Notes: a model not told the origin generated them from the letters alone. 64,000 nucleotides of DNA from Macrostomum lignano (GCA_002269645.1 NIVC01000981.1:124001-188000), one strand, 5' to 3'; positions 38,581-51,123 are shown, counted from the stretch's first letter. A program made the numbers and translations.

Positions 38581-40849
38581 AATCACTAGGCCGGGGTTGC
38601 GCCCAAGCATGTACTTAGCCATCGTATACCTAGAGGCTCTTCATATTGCTTGTTCTGGTTCTAGAACCAGAACCATTTTGTAAAGTATAACTTTTTGTCT
38701 CCTAAACTAGAGGGATATTAGTGCTTTAAAATTGTGATTATTGAATGGCAAAAGCCAAGAAGAAAGTGATAAATTGTGCAAAGTGAGGCTGTTACGGCAG
38801 TCAAACATTCAACAAAGTTAAATAGTTATACTGCTTTTTTTCTTGGAAATCCGAACCGATTCTGGTTCTGGAATCGATTGCTATGAAGAGGCTCCTTAAT
38901 AAGCCTAGATGCCAATGGTAAATCTTGATCCCAATCCCAACCAATCCCGAGTCCCGACTTTTATGAACTCAGTGCAATTTATGGGTATAATATAGCAGTA
39001 AACATTTTACTTTTTTTAACGGATGGTTGATAGGCCTATTGAGATTTTGTTCAAGATAAGATAGGCCCTAAGATCAAAACAAAATAATGAGATTCAAAAC
39101 AAAATACTTCTAATGTTCAAAAATTTCATTAGTAGATGAAAGATGAAAGTTACCTGCAGAAGACTCAACTGCCAGATCCATAGGGCCTAGGCCCTAGCCA
39201 TTAGAAAATGGGTTCTAGTACTAGAACTCTAGCCATGTCTTGGCTTAGGTTAGGCCTAGGCCTGGTTAGGCTTAAGTATTATTAGTGTATGTTAATGCAG
39301 TCTATAGGGCCTAGTATAGATCACACTGGGTATATATGCTTAAACAAAAATTGAATATTTATTAATTATGCCATAAAAATTGAGTATAGGTCAAACATTG
39401 ACCAATAAGCCTTGTGCAATAATGTGCTATTGTGCTTCATTTGAAATGACATTGTTGAATTGTTCAGCAAGCTTTCCAACATTGTCAAAAAGCTTACTAA
39501 TTGCAAAATTCAACTGCTAAATGCCAAGCTTATACTATTTGCACTTTGATATAATATTAAAAACTTATAGAAAAATTGTCTTTAACAAATCAATTGGCAT
39601 TCTTTAAGAATAGGCCTATTTGAAGATTCTATATTGAATAGGCCATTTGACTTTTTAATTTTAGCTACTTGACTTGCCACTTTGCAATAACAACTTTCAA
39701 GTTTATTGATTCACAATATTTAGGCCTTATTATCTAACCAATTCAACTTTAATAACATGGTATTGTGCATTTCCAATAAAGTATTGACCATAATTCTAAT
39801 AGTGATAAAAGACTCTTAAACTCTACTGTCTTTACTCTACTGCCAAGGCTAACTTGCTCTACTGTCTTTACTGTCTACTGTCTACTGTCTACTCTACTGT
39901 CTTTACTCTATTGCCAAGGCTAAGAAGCAGCCACAAAAAATTTGGTCAAGTCTATCTACTAATGACTAGGCCTACCCCTTGCTCTCTTAACTTTGATATG
40001 CAGCATGCTGCATTTTGTAAAAAAACGCTAACAGCCAGAAGGTCCTCAAGCCTGCCTCTCTTTCCTGATCCCAATCTGGGCCCAGATGTGTAAAAGGGGT
40101 TTCAAAATTACTAACTTTCAGCTGCCATAAGTTTGCTCCATGTAAAGCAATTAACTTCAAACTTGACACAATTCTTCATTGACTCATTCTCTGTCTAAAT
40201 GTAAAGTTTCAACTCTGTAACTCAATCAGAACAGAAACTGTAAACATGTGAAGTTTGTCTGCTTTTTCTGTTGTTTGTGCCACTCACTTATTCATTCCCC
40301 CAGAGCCAGACCAAGGGTCAGGCGATAGGACTGAATGTACATAGCAAATGTACAGTGTTTTGGAATAATTTTATTTATAGCCTTCTCTGCACCCCAAGAG
40401 TGGAGACTCTGGAGAGGCTATGTTTAGCCATAACAGTTTAGTAAGAAATTCTAACCACTGCCCTCCCCTCTGTATTGGCAAACTCTGTAGCAGTTTAACA
40501 GTGGATGGCAATTGGCAAATCGAGGGAATCTAGCATGGTTTGTAAAAGCGAAAGATTTATGAAAAGGCAATGCGATGCAATGCAATCTATACAACCCTAC
40601 TAAATTAGGCACACCATGGAAATTTTAGGTTTCTTTTAAAGGTACTGTGTAAATTTTAAATGGCCTAAGAAATGTGTTTTTCCTTGGTAGTTAGACTGAT
40701 TCAGACTGCAGTGGAGCTGAAGATACACAAATTCCTTTCAAGGCTGCAAATTGGCAAGAAAGATGACATGATCAAAGCATGAGAACAACCATGAGAGTAC
40801 TACGTCCTACAAACTGGCTTTCCAAGCAGGGATGGGCAGATTTTTACCT

Positions 40850-41563
40850 CAAAGACCAGATAAAGAATCCAGCTCATGGCTGAGGGGCAGATGAGAGTGG
40901 AAAGAAGAAGGAATAGACAATTCAAAGATAGGAGAGGCGACAGAGGGGATAAAAGAAAAGATAAAAGATAATAGGAGAGATGAGGGGTGAGGACAATGAG
41001 AGAGAGAGGGGGAGAAAAGGGGAGAGAGTAGAGATGAGAGAGCAGAGAGCTGCAGATAAGAGGAGAGAGAAGACAGCAGAGAGGAGAGCATAGAGGAAAG
41101 AGGTGAAAGAAGAGATGAGAGAGTAAAGGGAAGAGAGAAGAGATAAAGATACATCTCTACATCTCTAAGGTTGTAGAGATGAAAGGTGGAAGGAGAGATG
41201 AGAGATAAAGGAGAGTGGAGAGAGAGAAGAGAGGGAGACAGTATAGAAAAGAGAAGAGAAGAGAAAAGAAGAAAGGAGAAAGGAAAATGAGGAGTCAAAA
41301 GAGGGGAAAGAAAAGAGTACAGAGGAGAGAGGTGAGAGAACATATAAGACAGACATGCCAGATTAAAAAGGGGGATGAGAGAGCAGAGACGAGAGTGAAC
41401 AGATGAAAGATGGGAGAGTAGAGAGAACAGAGGAGAGATTACAAAGATGAGAGGAGAGAGGAGAGACAAAGGTAGAGAAGTGAGTGAGGAGAGAGGAGTG
41501 GTAAGAGGAGAATGGAGAGGGGAGAAAGTAGAGAGATAAGAGAGAAAAGAGAGAAAGACAGAG

Positions 41564-41621
<58 letters not shown>

Positions 41622-41900
41622 AAAGATGAGAGAGCAAAGATGAGAGAGAAAAGAGGGGAGAGAGGAGGGAGGAAAGAAGAGATGAGAGAGAGGAAAGAGG
41701 AGAGATGAGAGAGTAGAGGAGAGAGAAAAGGATAGAGAGGAGAAGGAAGAGAAGAGAGAAGAGGGGGAGAGAGGAGAGGAGAGAGAAAAGAAGAGACAAG
41801 AGATGAGATAAGAGAGATAAAAGAGAAGAGAGATGAGGGAAGATACAAGAGAAGAGGGGAGAGACGAGGGACAAGAGAGAAGAGAGGAAACAGAAAAGAC
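40850..41900. repeat. GA-rich low-complexity tract including a (GA)n microsatellite at ~41570-41618
   Basis: Purine-dominated sequence. Confidence 0.9.
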
Positions 41901-42771
41901 AATAGCAATTTTAAAGGATGCTAGGGATATCCTAAAGGATGTTTTAGAGTCAGATAAACATTGCCTGACATTCTGTGCAGTACCCCAGCCAACAATATCA
42001 AATTGATGTTTGCCTCAAATCCTAATTTTACACAAATGTGTCCATTTTATGTCTACCTCTATCCTACTAATACTATTAACAAGTTTTTGTTTGTGTATGG
42101 CCTTAGATTTCAGAATACATGCAAAAGTAGTTCCAGGGATTAGAATTCCCCAGGTTCAAAATCCGCCGGTTTCAACAGCTTGTTATCTATAAATTTAGAA
42201 TTATATTATATACGCTTCATTGTATATTTAATAATATTATTAGTAGGCCTATCAAATCAATAATATTTATTTTAACCAGTTTTTTCATTACTTATATCTT
42301 ATTAGAAGCACAAAAATTATTGCAAAAAAATCCTACTGAAATTTGCTTGCATGAGGCCATCAGCTTTTCCTGCAATGAGGATTTCTTGCTGAAGGTTTTC
42401 TTGTCAAGTTTTTCCTGCAACAAGGTTTTTCTTAATTTTGATAATTTAGATATTGAACTATTTCAATATTTTTTAATTATATGTTCTTATAATTTTTAGG
42501 CTTTGTATTTTTTGGGCAGAATGCTCTATATCTTACCAATTTTATTTGTATTTTTTTGCTAATCTTATTCAGTAAGCTTCAAAATTAAAACCCTAAATTG
42601 GCCCAAAAAAGATTTCAAAGTAATTAAAAATATCAGGGGACCAATGCATTTAAGCTGATTGCTTAAAACTTTCAAAGTTTCAAAAGCTATCTAAGTATGG
42701 CATTATAAACAAGACAGTTGATATACCATCCATTATTTTTTTGTTTTTCAGTGCTTTATTCAGTTTAAAAG

Positions 42772-45700
42772 ATGGAAAAGGACAAAGAAAGTCTTCAGAG
42801 TATGAATGATGAAGAGGTAAGTTATCATTTTTTACTTGCTACTTTTTTAATAAATAAATTGTTTAACATGTTAAGACACTAAGCTAACATAACTTAAAAT
42901 TTAGGCATTTGAAGATGCTGTTGAGTTTCTATCTGATGATGAAGCTGAAGATCAAGATGCAGTGTAAGTGATTAGGTTTTTATTTAAAATATCAATTCTG
43001 TATGCAGGCATGTCTCAGCACTAATTTAATTTTTCTTTTCACAGTGTAAATGGTGTTGATTCTGCAATGGCCTTGGAACGAGAGGAATCAGCCTCTCAGT
43101 TGCTAGGGGATGCCGCTCAACAGCCTCCTTTGCCGCCACCAGCTGACTTGCCAGACTTGCTCCAGTCGATTGGCGAAGCTCAAAATGCTCTAGACCTGTT
43201 CCTTAGTAACCAGTTTGAGAAGGCCAGGGCCGTAATAGAACCGCTGTGAATTGTTTTTTAAATCACTTGAAATGTACTTTAGGTTATAAATGGCGCCAAT
43301 ATTAGATATCGATGACGCCATTATTAAATACCGATGACGCCATTGTTAGATATCGATGGCGTTATTACTAAATATCGATGACGCCATTGTTAGATATCGA
43401 TGACGCTATTATTAGATATCGATGACGCCATTATTGGATATCGATGACGCCATTATTAAATATCGGTGACGCCATTGTTAGATATCGATGACGCTATTAT
43501 TAGATATCGATGACGCTATTATTAGATATCGATGGCGTTATTATTAAATATCGATGACGCTATTATTAGATATCGATGACGCCATTATTAGATATCGATG
43601 ACGCCATTACTAGATATCGATGACGCCATTATTAGATATCGATGACGCCATTATTAGATATCGATGACGCTATTATTAGATATCGATGACGCTATTATTA
43701 GATATCGATGGCGCCATTGTTAAATATCGATGACGCTATTATTAGATATCGATGACGCTATTATTAGATATCGATGACGTCATTATTAAATATCGATGAC
43801 ACTATTATTAGATATCGATGACGCAATTACTAGATATCGATGGCGCCATTGTTAGATATCGATGACGCTATTATGAGATATCGATGACGCTATTATGAGA
43901 TATCGATGGCGTAATTATTAAATATCGATGACGCTATTATTAGATATCGATGACGCTATTATTAGATATCGATGACGCTATCATTAGATATCGATGACGC
44001 TATTATGAGATATCGATGACGCTATTATGAGATATCAATGGCGTAATTATTAAATATCGATGACGCTATTATTAGATATCGATGACGCTATTATTAGATA
44101 TCGATGACGCCATTATTAGATATCGATGAGGTCATTATTAAATATCGATGACACTATTATTAGATATCGATGACGCAATTACTAGATATCGATGGCGCCA
44201 TTGTTAGATATCGATGACGCTATTATTAGATATCGATGACGCTATTATTAGATATCGATGAAGCTATTATTAGATATCGATGGTGTAATTATTAAATATC
44301 GATGACGCTATCATTAGATATCGATGACGCCATTATTAGATATCGATGACGCCATTATTAGATATCGATGACGTCATTATTAAATATCGATGACACTATT
44401 ATTAGATATCGATGACGCAATTATTAGATATCGATGACGCCATTAATAGATATCCAGTAGTCAGATAAGACACAGAAAATGTCACACATTTGATGACACC
44501 AACAATACCCAGGTCGGCCACATCCATGTACCACAGCCTGGGCTACGCCACCATCTGCTACCTGCAGGCCTCCATGACTATGGAGCGCCCTAACATACAG
44601 CAGGCTTTGGACGCCACTAAACAGGGCCTGCAAGTCTCTCAGCGGCTACGACGCCGAGGCTTCGTAGCGTCTCGTCAGCCGAACGATTTCACTGACGAGC
44701 AGTGCCACGCTGAGCTGTGCTACGCTGAGTTGTTATTAGAAAAAGCTGTGCTCACGTTTCTTCAGGACGAGAATTTTATTGCTTTTGTCAAGGTAAATTT
44801 GCCTGATGGTTTTGAATACACTCGTATAAAACAAATCTTTTAAAATGGACTCTAGATCGATTTCACTGTAAACAAAGACCACATTTCACTGTGAACAAAG
44901 ACCACATTTCACTGTGAACAAAGACCACATTTCACTGTGAACAAAGACCACATTTCTTTGTGAACAAAGACCACATTTCACTGTAAACAAAGACCACATT
45001 TCACTGTGAACAAAGACCACATTTCACTGTGAACAAAGACCACATTTCACTGTGAACAAAGACCTGATTTTACTGTGAAGAAAGACCACATTTCCTGTGA
45101 ACAAAGACCACTTTTCACTGTGAACAAAGAACTGATTTTACTGTGAAGAAAGACCACATTTCACTGTGAAAAAGACCACAATTCAGACCACAAAGACCAG
45201 AGTTCATCATAAAAACGTCCAATTAAATTTTTGTGCAAACAAAGACAAAAACTGTAAATCGACTGAGTTCGACGTTAACAAAGATCAGATTTGAGTTGAA
45301 AAATACCAATCAGACTGTTAACACGCTGAACAAAGACAGACAGAGTCTATATGTACAGAGACTGGATTAAGCTGAACAAAGACTGAGTTATCTGTACAGA
45401 GATTGGATTAGGCTAAACAGACTAAGTTATCTGTACAGACTAGATTAGGCTAAACAAAGACTGAGTTATCTGTACAGACTAGTTTAGGCTGAAAAAAAGA
45501 CTGAGTTATCTGTTCGGACTAGATTAGGCTGAACAAAGACTGAGTTATCTGTTCGGACTAGATTAGGCTGAACAAAGACTGAGTTATCTGTTCAGACTAG
45601 ATTAGGCTGAACAAAGACTGAGTTATCTGTACAGACTAGATTAGGCTGAACAAAGACTGAGTTATCTGTTCAGACTAGATTAGGCTGAACAAAGACTGAG

Positions 45701-48700
45701 TTATCTGTTCAGACTAGATTAGGCTAAACAGACTGAGTTTATCTGTACAGCGACTGGCTTAGACTGAACAAAGACCGCATCACAACAATCCAATCCAGGG
45801 CGGTATCAAGATTCGCGAGTGCTACAAAGCCTACAAAGAGTGCTGGCGCCTGTTGCACAAGCGCCGCTGGTTGAACGCCGAACTGCGCTTGCATTTCGAA
45901 AGCGGCGCTAGAATTGGAGAAGGCGCTTTCAATCTGCTGCTGAGTCTGCTGCCGCCCCGACTTCTCAGACTGTTGGAGTTCGTTGGATTCTCCGGCGACA
46001 GGCGATACGGACTCGAGCAGGTTCGGCTGGCCACCGAGTTGGACGGCAGTGTCCGGGCACCCCTGGGCAGGATTATACTGCTAGTCTATCACACTACCTT
46101 TGCTCATATCCTGGGTGCCGGAGGCTGCGATTTAGCCGCTGTCCACCAGCTGTTGGAGCCCTGCTTAGCTGCTCACCCTGATGGGGCTATGTTCCTGTAC
46201 TTTCAGGTGAGTATATAAGGGCATTTCTAGCGGTGGATTTGCTCTTTAGCTTCCACGGAGGGTCAATGACCCCTCCGGCATGAATCTAGGCGTAAGTCTT
46301 AGATTCTAATTGGCTCTTTATTTCTTGTGGGGGGGGGGTTCAATGACCCCCCTGATTCTAGGGGTAAGTGGTAGATTTTAATTGGCTCTTTATTTCTTGT
46401 TGGGGGGGGGGTCAATGACCCCTCTCCATGATTCTAGGTGTAAGTAGTAGATTCCAATTGGCTCTTAGTTTCTTTTAGGGGGTCAATGACCCCTCATGAT
46501 TCTACGTCTAAGTAGCAGATTTTAATTGGCTCTTTTTTTCTTTTTGGGGGGGTCAATGACCCCTCTCCATGATTCTAGGTGTAAGTAGTAGATTCCAATT
46601 GGCTCTTAGTTTCTTCTGGGGGGTCAATGACCCCTCATGATTCTAGGTCTAAGTAGCAGATTTTAATTGGCTCTTTATTTCTTGTGGGGGGTCAATGACC
46701 CCCTGATTCTAGGGGTAAGTGGTAGATTTTAATTGACTCTTTATTTCTTGTTGGGGGGGGGGGTCAATGACCCCTCTCCATGATTCTAGGTGTAAGTAGT
46801 AGATTCCAATTGGCTATTAGTTTCTTTTGGGGGTCAATGACCCCTCATGATTCTAGGTCTAAGTAGCAGATTTTAATTGGCTCTTTATTTTTGTGGGGTC
46901 AATGACCCCTCTCATGATTCTGAGGTTAAGGTATTATATTCTAATTAGCGCTTAGTTTTTTGTGGGGTCAATGACACCCGATGATTCTTAAACCCTTATT
47001 GGCTGATTGTTTTTAGAGGCTGGGAGTTAATGGCCTCTCCTGTCGCTATTTAATGTACCGCTTTCAAAAGTTCTGAATAGGGTGATTTGCTTTCATTTGG
47101 GGATGGGGTCAATGGCCCCATATATTGTTGGTTGGATAGGATTCTGATTTATCTTGCTTTTTCTCTATGGAGGTCAATGACCTCCTTATAAAAAACTCTC
47201 CTGAAGTTTCTGATTATTTATCAAACTCAAATTCAGGGCCGTCAGCAGCTGCTATCCGGCAACTCGCACCGAGCTATCCAAGCATTCGAGCGCAGCATTG
47301 AAAGCCAGACCGAATGGATCCAACTGCATCTGGTCTGCTACTGGGAGCTAATGTGGACTCAAGCTTACAAAGCCGATTGGCTATTGGCTATGAAATACGC
47401 CGAGATACTAGCCAAAGAGTCCCGATGGAGTAAGGCCACGCTGGTCTATCAGAAGGCGGCATTTCTTTACCAATACCAGAATGGCGCCGGGACAGGAGAT
47501 GAGGGCGCCAAGGCTGCGACTGGCGATGAAGAGCACGTTGCCGGTTTGATGGACAAGGTGTGAGCTTTTCATTCCTAGCACGTGTCTGTCATAACCTAAA
47601 CCCTGAGCATACTTTTCTCCATACCTGTCAGTCAATAGAGTCCTAAACATGCCATTCCCCACACCTGTCAATCAATAGGATCCTCAGCATGCCATTCCCC
47701 ACACCTGTCAATCAATAGGATCCTCAGCATGCCATTCCCCACACCTGTCAATCAATAGGACCCTCAGCATGCTATTCCCCACACCTGTCAATCAATAGGA
47801 CCCTCAGCATGCTATTCCCCACATCTGTCAATCAATAGGATCCTCAGCATGCCATTCCCCACACCTGTCAATCAATAGGACCCTCAGCATGCTATTCCCC
47901 ACACCTGTCAATCAATAGGACCCTCAGCATGCTATTCCCCACATCTGTCAATCAATAGGATCCTCAGCATGCCATTCCCCACACCTGTCAATCATTATGA
48001 TTCTCAGCATGCTATTCCCCACACCTGTCAATCAATAGGACCCTCAGCATGCTATTCCCCACACCTGTCAATCATTATGATTCTCAGCATGTCATTTCCC
48101 ACACCTGTCAATCATTATAATCTTCAGCATGCCATTCGCCACACCTGTTAGTCATTATGATTCTCAGCATGCCATTCTCCACACCTGTCAATCAATAGGA
48201 TCCTCAGCATGCCATTCCCCACACCTGTCAATTATTATAATCTTCAGCATGCCATTCCCCACACCTGTCAATTATTATAATCTTCAGCATGCCATTCTCC
48301 ACACCTGTCAATCAATAGGATCCTCAGCATGTCATTCCCCACACCTGTCAATCATTATAATCTTCAGCATGCCATTCCCCACACCTGTCAATCAAAAGGA
48401 TACTACTGTATACATGCCATTCCCCACACCTGTCAATCAATAGGACCCTCAGCATGCTATTCCCCACATCTGTCAATCAATAGGATCCTCAGCATGCCAT
48501 TCCCCACACCTGTCAATCAATAGGACCCTCAGCATGCTATTCCCCACACCTGTCAATCAATAGGACCCTCAGCATGCTATTCCCCACATCTGTCAATCAA
48601 TAGGATCCTCAGCATGCCATTCCCCACACCTGTCAATCATTATGATTCTCAGCATGCTATTCCCCACACCTGTCAATCAATAGGACCCTCAGCATGCTAT

Positions 48701-51123
48701 TCCCCACACCTGTCAATCATTATGATTCTCAGCATGTCATTTCCCACACCTGTCAATCATTATAATCTTCAGCATGCCATTCGCCACACCTGTTAGTCAT
48801 TATGATTCTCAGCATGCCATTCTCCACACCTGTCAATCAATAGGATCCTCAGCATGCCATTCCCCACACCTGTCAATTATTATAATCTTCAGCATGCCAT
48901 TCCCCACACCTGTCAATTATTATAATCTTCAGCATGCCATTCTCCACACCTGTCAATCAATAGGATCCTCAGCATGTCATTCCCCACACCTGTCAATCAT
49001 TATAATCTTCAGCATGCCATTCCCCACACCTGTCAATCAAAAGGATACTACTGTATACATGCCATTCTCCACACCTGTCAATCAAAAGGATCTACTGTAT
49101 ACATGCCATTCCCCACACCTGTCAATCATTATAATCTTCAGCATGTCATTCCCCACACCTGTCAATCATTATAATCTTCAGCATGCCATTCTCCACACCT
49201 GTCAATCAATAGGATCCTACTGTATGCATGCCATTCCCCACGCCTGTCAATCATAATCAAATATGCCAGTCACTCGCTACACCTGCCAATCATAATCCTA
49301 AAACTGTCATTCATTATACATTGTCATCAATACTCATTGCCTGTCAATCGCAACTGACACCAGTCACTCACCCCCACCACCGCTCAGGTGCCCCGCCTAT
49401 ACAAGCGCATCGCTGGCAAGAGTTTGCCAATAGAAAAGTTCGCCATGCGCCGGGCTCGCCGATTCGCCGAACAGGGCGGCCGGCTCACCCTGCCGGGCCT
49501 GGAGGTGGTCTACGTGTGGAACGGCTTCCCTTTAGTTGGTTGCGAAGGCCCTGACGTGGTTCGTTCGTTTTTAGCGGCCGTTGATTTGGCCTCCGACCAG
49601 CTGGACAGAGGCCGGGTCACCTCAGGTCAGGGCGACTCTGCGCAGGCTGGTGGCAGCTGACCCTATCCTGACGATGACGCCGCTCTGATTCTGCTGCTTC
49701 GAGGCGCCTGTTTAAAACAGTTGAATCAGACTGAGGCTGCCGACAAGTGCTTTCAGGTGTGTAGGTTGTACAGCTTCAATTTATGTTGAGTGTGATTGAT
49801 TGACAAGTGCGGGTAATTTTAAAGTTATGATTATGGTTGACTCTTGTAGGATTTCGCGTATAATTGACAGGTGTAGGGTTAGGGTTATGATTGACAGGTG
49901 TAGGGTTAGGGTTATGATTGACAGGTGTAGGGTTAGGGTTATGATTGACAGGTGTAGGGTTATGGTTATGATTGACAGGTGTAGGGTTAGGGTTATGATG
50001 GACAGATGTAGGGTTAGGGTAATGATTGACAGGTGTAGGGTAATGGTTATGATTGACAGGTGTAGGGTTAGGGTTATGATTGACAGGTGTAGGGTTAGAG
50101 TTATGATTGACAGGTGTAGGGTTAGGGTTATGATTGACAGGTGTAGGGCTAGGGTTAAGATTGAGAGGTGTAGGGTTAGGGTTATGATTGACAGGTGTAG
50201 GGTTAGGGCTAAGATTGAGAGGTGTAGGGTTAGGGTTATGATTGACAGGTGTAGGGTTAGGGTTATGATTGACAGATGTAGGGTTAGGGTTATGACTGAC
50301 AGGTGTAGGGTTAGGGTTATGATTGACAGGTGTAGGGTTAGGGTTATGATTGACAGATGTAGGGTTAGGGTTATGATTGACAGATGTAGGGTTAGGGTTA
50401 TGATTGACAGATGTAGGGTTAGGGTTATGATTGACAGATGTAGGGTTAGGGTTATGATTGACAGATGTAGGGTTAGGGTTATGATTGACAGATGTAGGGT
50501 TAGGGTTATGATTGACAGATGTAGGGTTAGGGTTATGATTGACAGATGTAGGGTTAGGGTTATGATTGACAGATGTAGGGTTAGGGTTATGATTGACAGA
50601 TGTAGGGTTAGGGTTATGATTGACAGATGTAGGGTTAGGGTTATGATTGACAGATGTAGGGTTAGGGTTATGATTGACAGATGTAGGGTTAGGGTTATGA
50701 TTGACAGATGTAGGGTTAGGGTTATGACTCACAGGTGTAGGGCTAGGGTTATGACTGACAGGTGTAGGGCTAGGGTTATGATTGACAGGTGTGGATAATG
50801 ATATGAATGACTTGTCCTGCATGTTAGCAGGTAAAGAGAAAACAGCCAGTTAACCCGCTGGTCACCTTGTTAATTGCCCAACCATCCATCAGGAAATCGT
50901 CGACGATCGCCTTGCCCGCCGTATCCGGCAAGATCGTCACGTGATCGCCTGGGCCTGGCTGGAGCTGGCCCACCTGCGCCTGGACGAGGGCCGCCGGCCG
51001 GAGGCCTCCGCCTGCATTGATGCCTGTCTGTCTTGCCGCGGGATCAGCTTGGAATCTCGAATTCACTTCCGGGCGCACGCCCTGGCGCTGTCTATGGCTG
51101 AGACCGCCTCGGCCGCTAAGTAG
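42772..51123 (+). CDS. TTC39B: Tetratricopeptide repeat protein 39 (TTC39A/B-like, IML2 family), 8 exons, with one in-frame TGA at 49658-49660
   Basis: Exons 42772-42816, 42905-42963, 43045-43245, 44513-44792, 45799-46206, 47237-47557, 49388-49756, 50893-51123, all phase-compatible. Motifs SMYHSLGYATI, HAELCYAELLL, DENFIAFVKGGIKIR, LLEFVGFSGDR, RIAGKSLPIEKFA and SLESRIHFR. The A versus B assignment is uncertain. Confidence 0.85.
43295..44450. repeat. 22-bp minisatellite (GATATCGATGACGCTATTATTA)
   Basis: TTC39 intron 3. Confidence 0.95.
44860..45770. repeat. Two adjacent minisatellites: 23-bp (AAAGACCACATTTCACTGTGAAC, ~44860-45200) and 39-bp (~45370-45770)
   Basis: TTC39 intron 4. Confidence 0.9.
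46255..47190. repeat. ~70-bp minisatellite, each unit carrying the palindrome GGGTCA-A-TGACCC
   Basis: TTC39 intron 5. About 13 motif copies, regular to ~46980 and degenerate after. Confidence 0.9.
47640..49260. repeat. 40-bp minisatellite (CATGCCATTCCCCACACCTGTCAATCAATAGGATCCTCAG) with an internal 645-bp duplication
   Basis: TTC39 intron 6. Identical ORF translations at 47969/48614 show the 645-bp offset, and near-identical pairs at 48129/48774 and 48329/48974 agree. Confidence 0.95.
49860..50790. repeat. 27-bp minisatellite (GTTATGATTGACAGRTGTAGGGTTAGG)
   Basis: TTC39 intron 7. Confidence 0.95.

Noticed and set aside
38633-38895. Second MITE with GAG(G/C)CTCTTCATA inverted ends
   Set aside because: Only a partial inverted repeat, with no TSD resolved.
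37707-38969. hAT-like element bounded by GAGTTC ends with GATCCC subterminal repeats
   Set aside because: The terminal match is too short and there is no TSD, so at best it is a decayed remnant.
49658-49660. Selenocysteine or a variant genetic code explaining the TTC39 TGA
   Set aside because: TGA is the normal terminator of CHMP7, AP1M1 and RSPRY1 here. TTC39 is not a known selenoprotein and I saw no SECIS.
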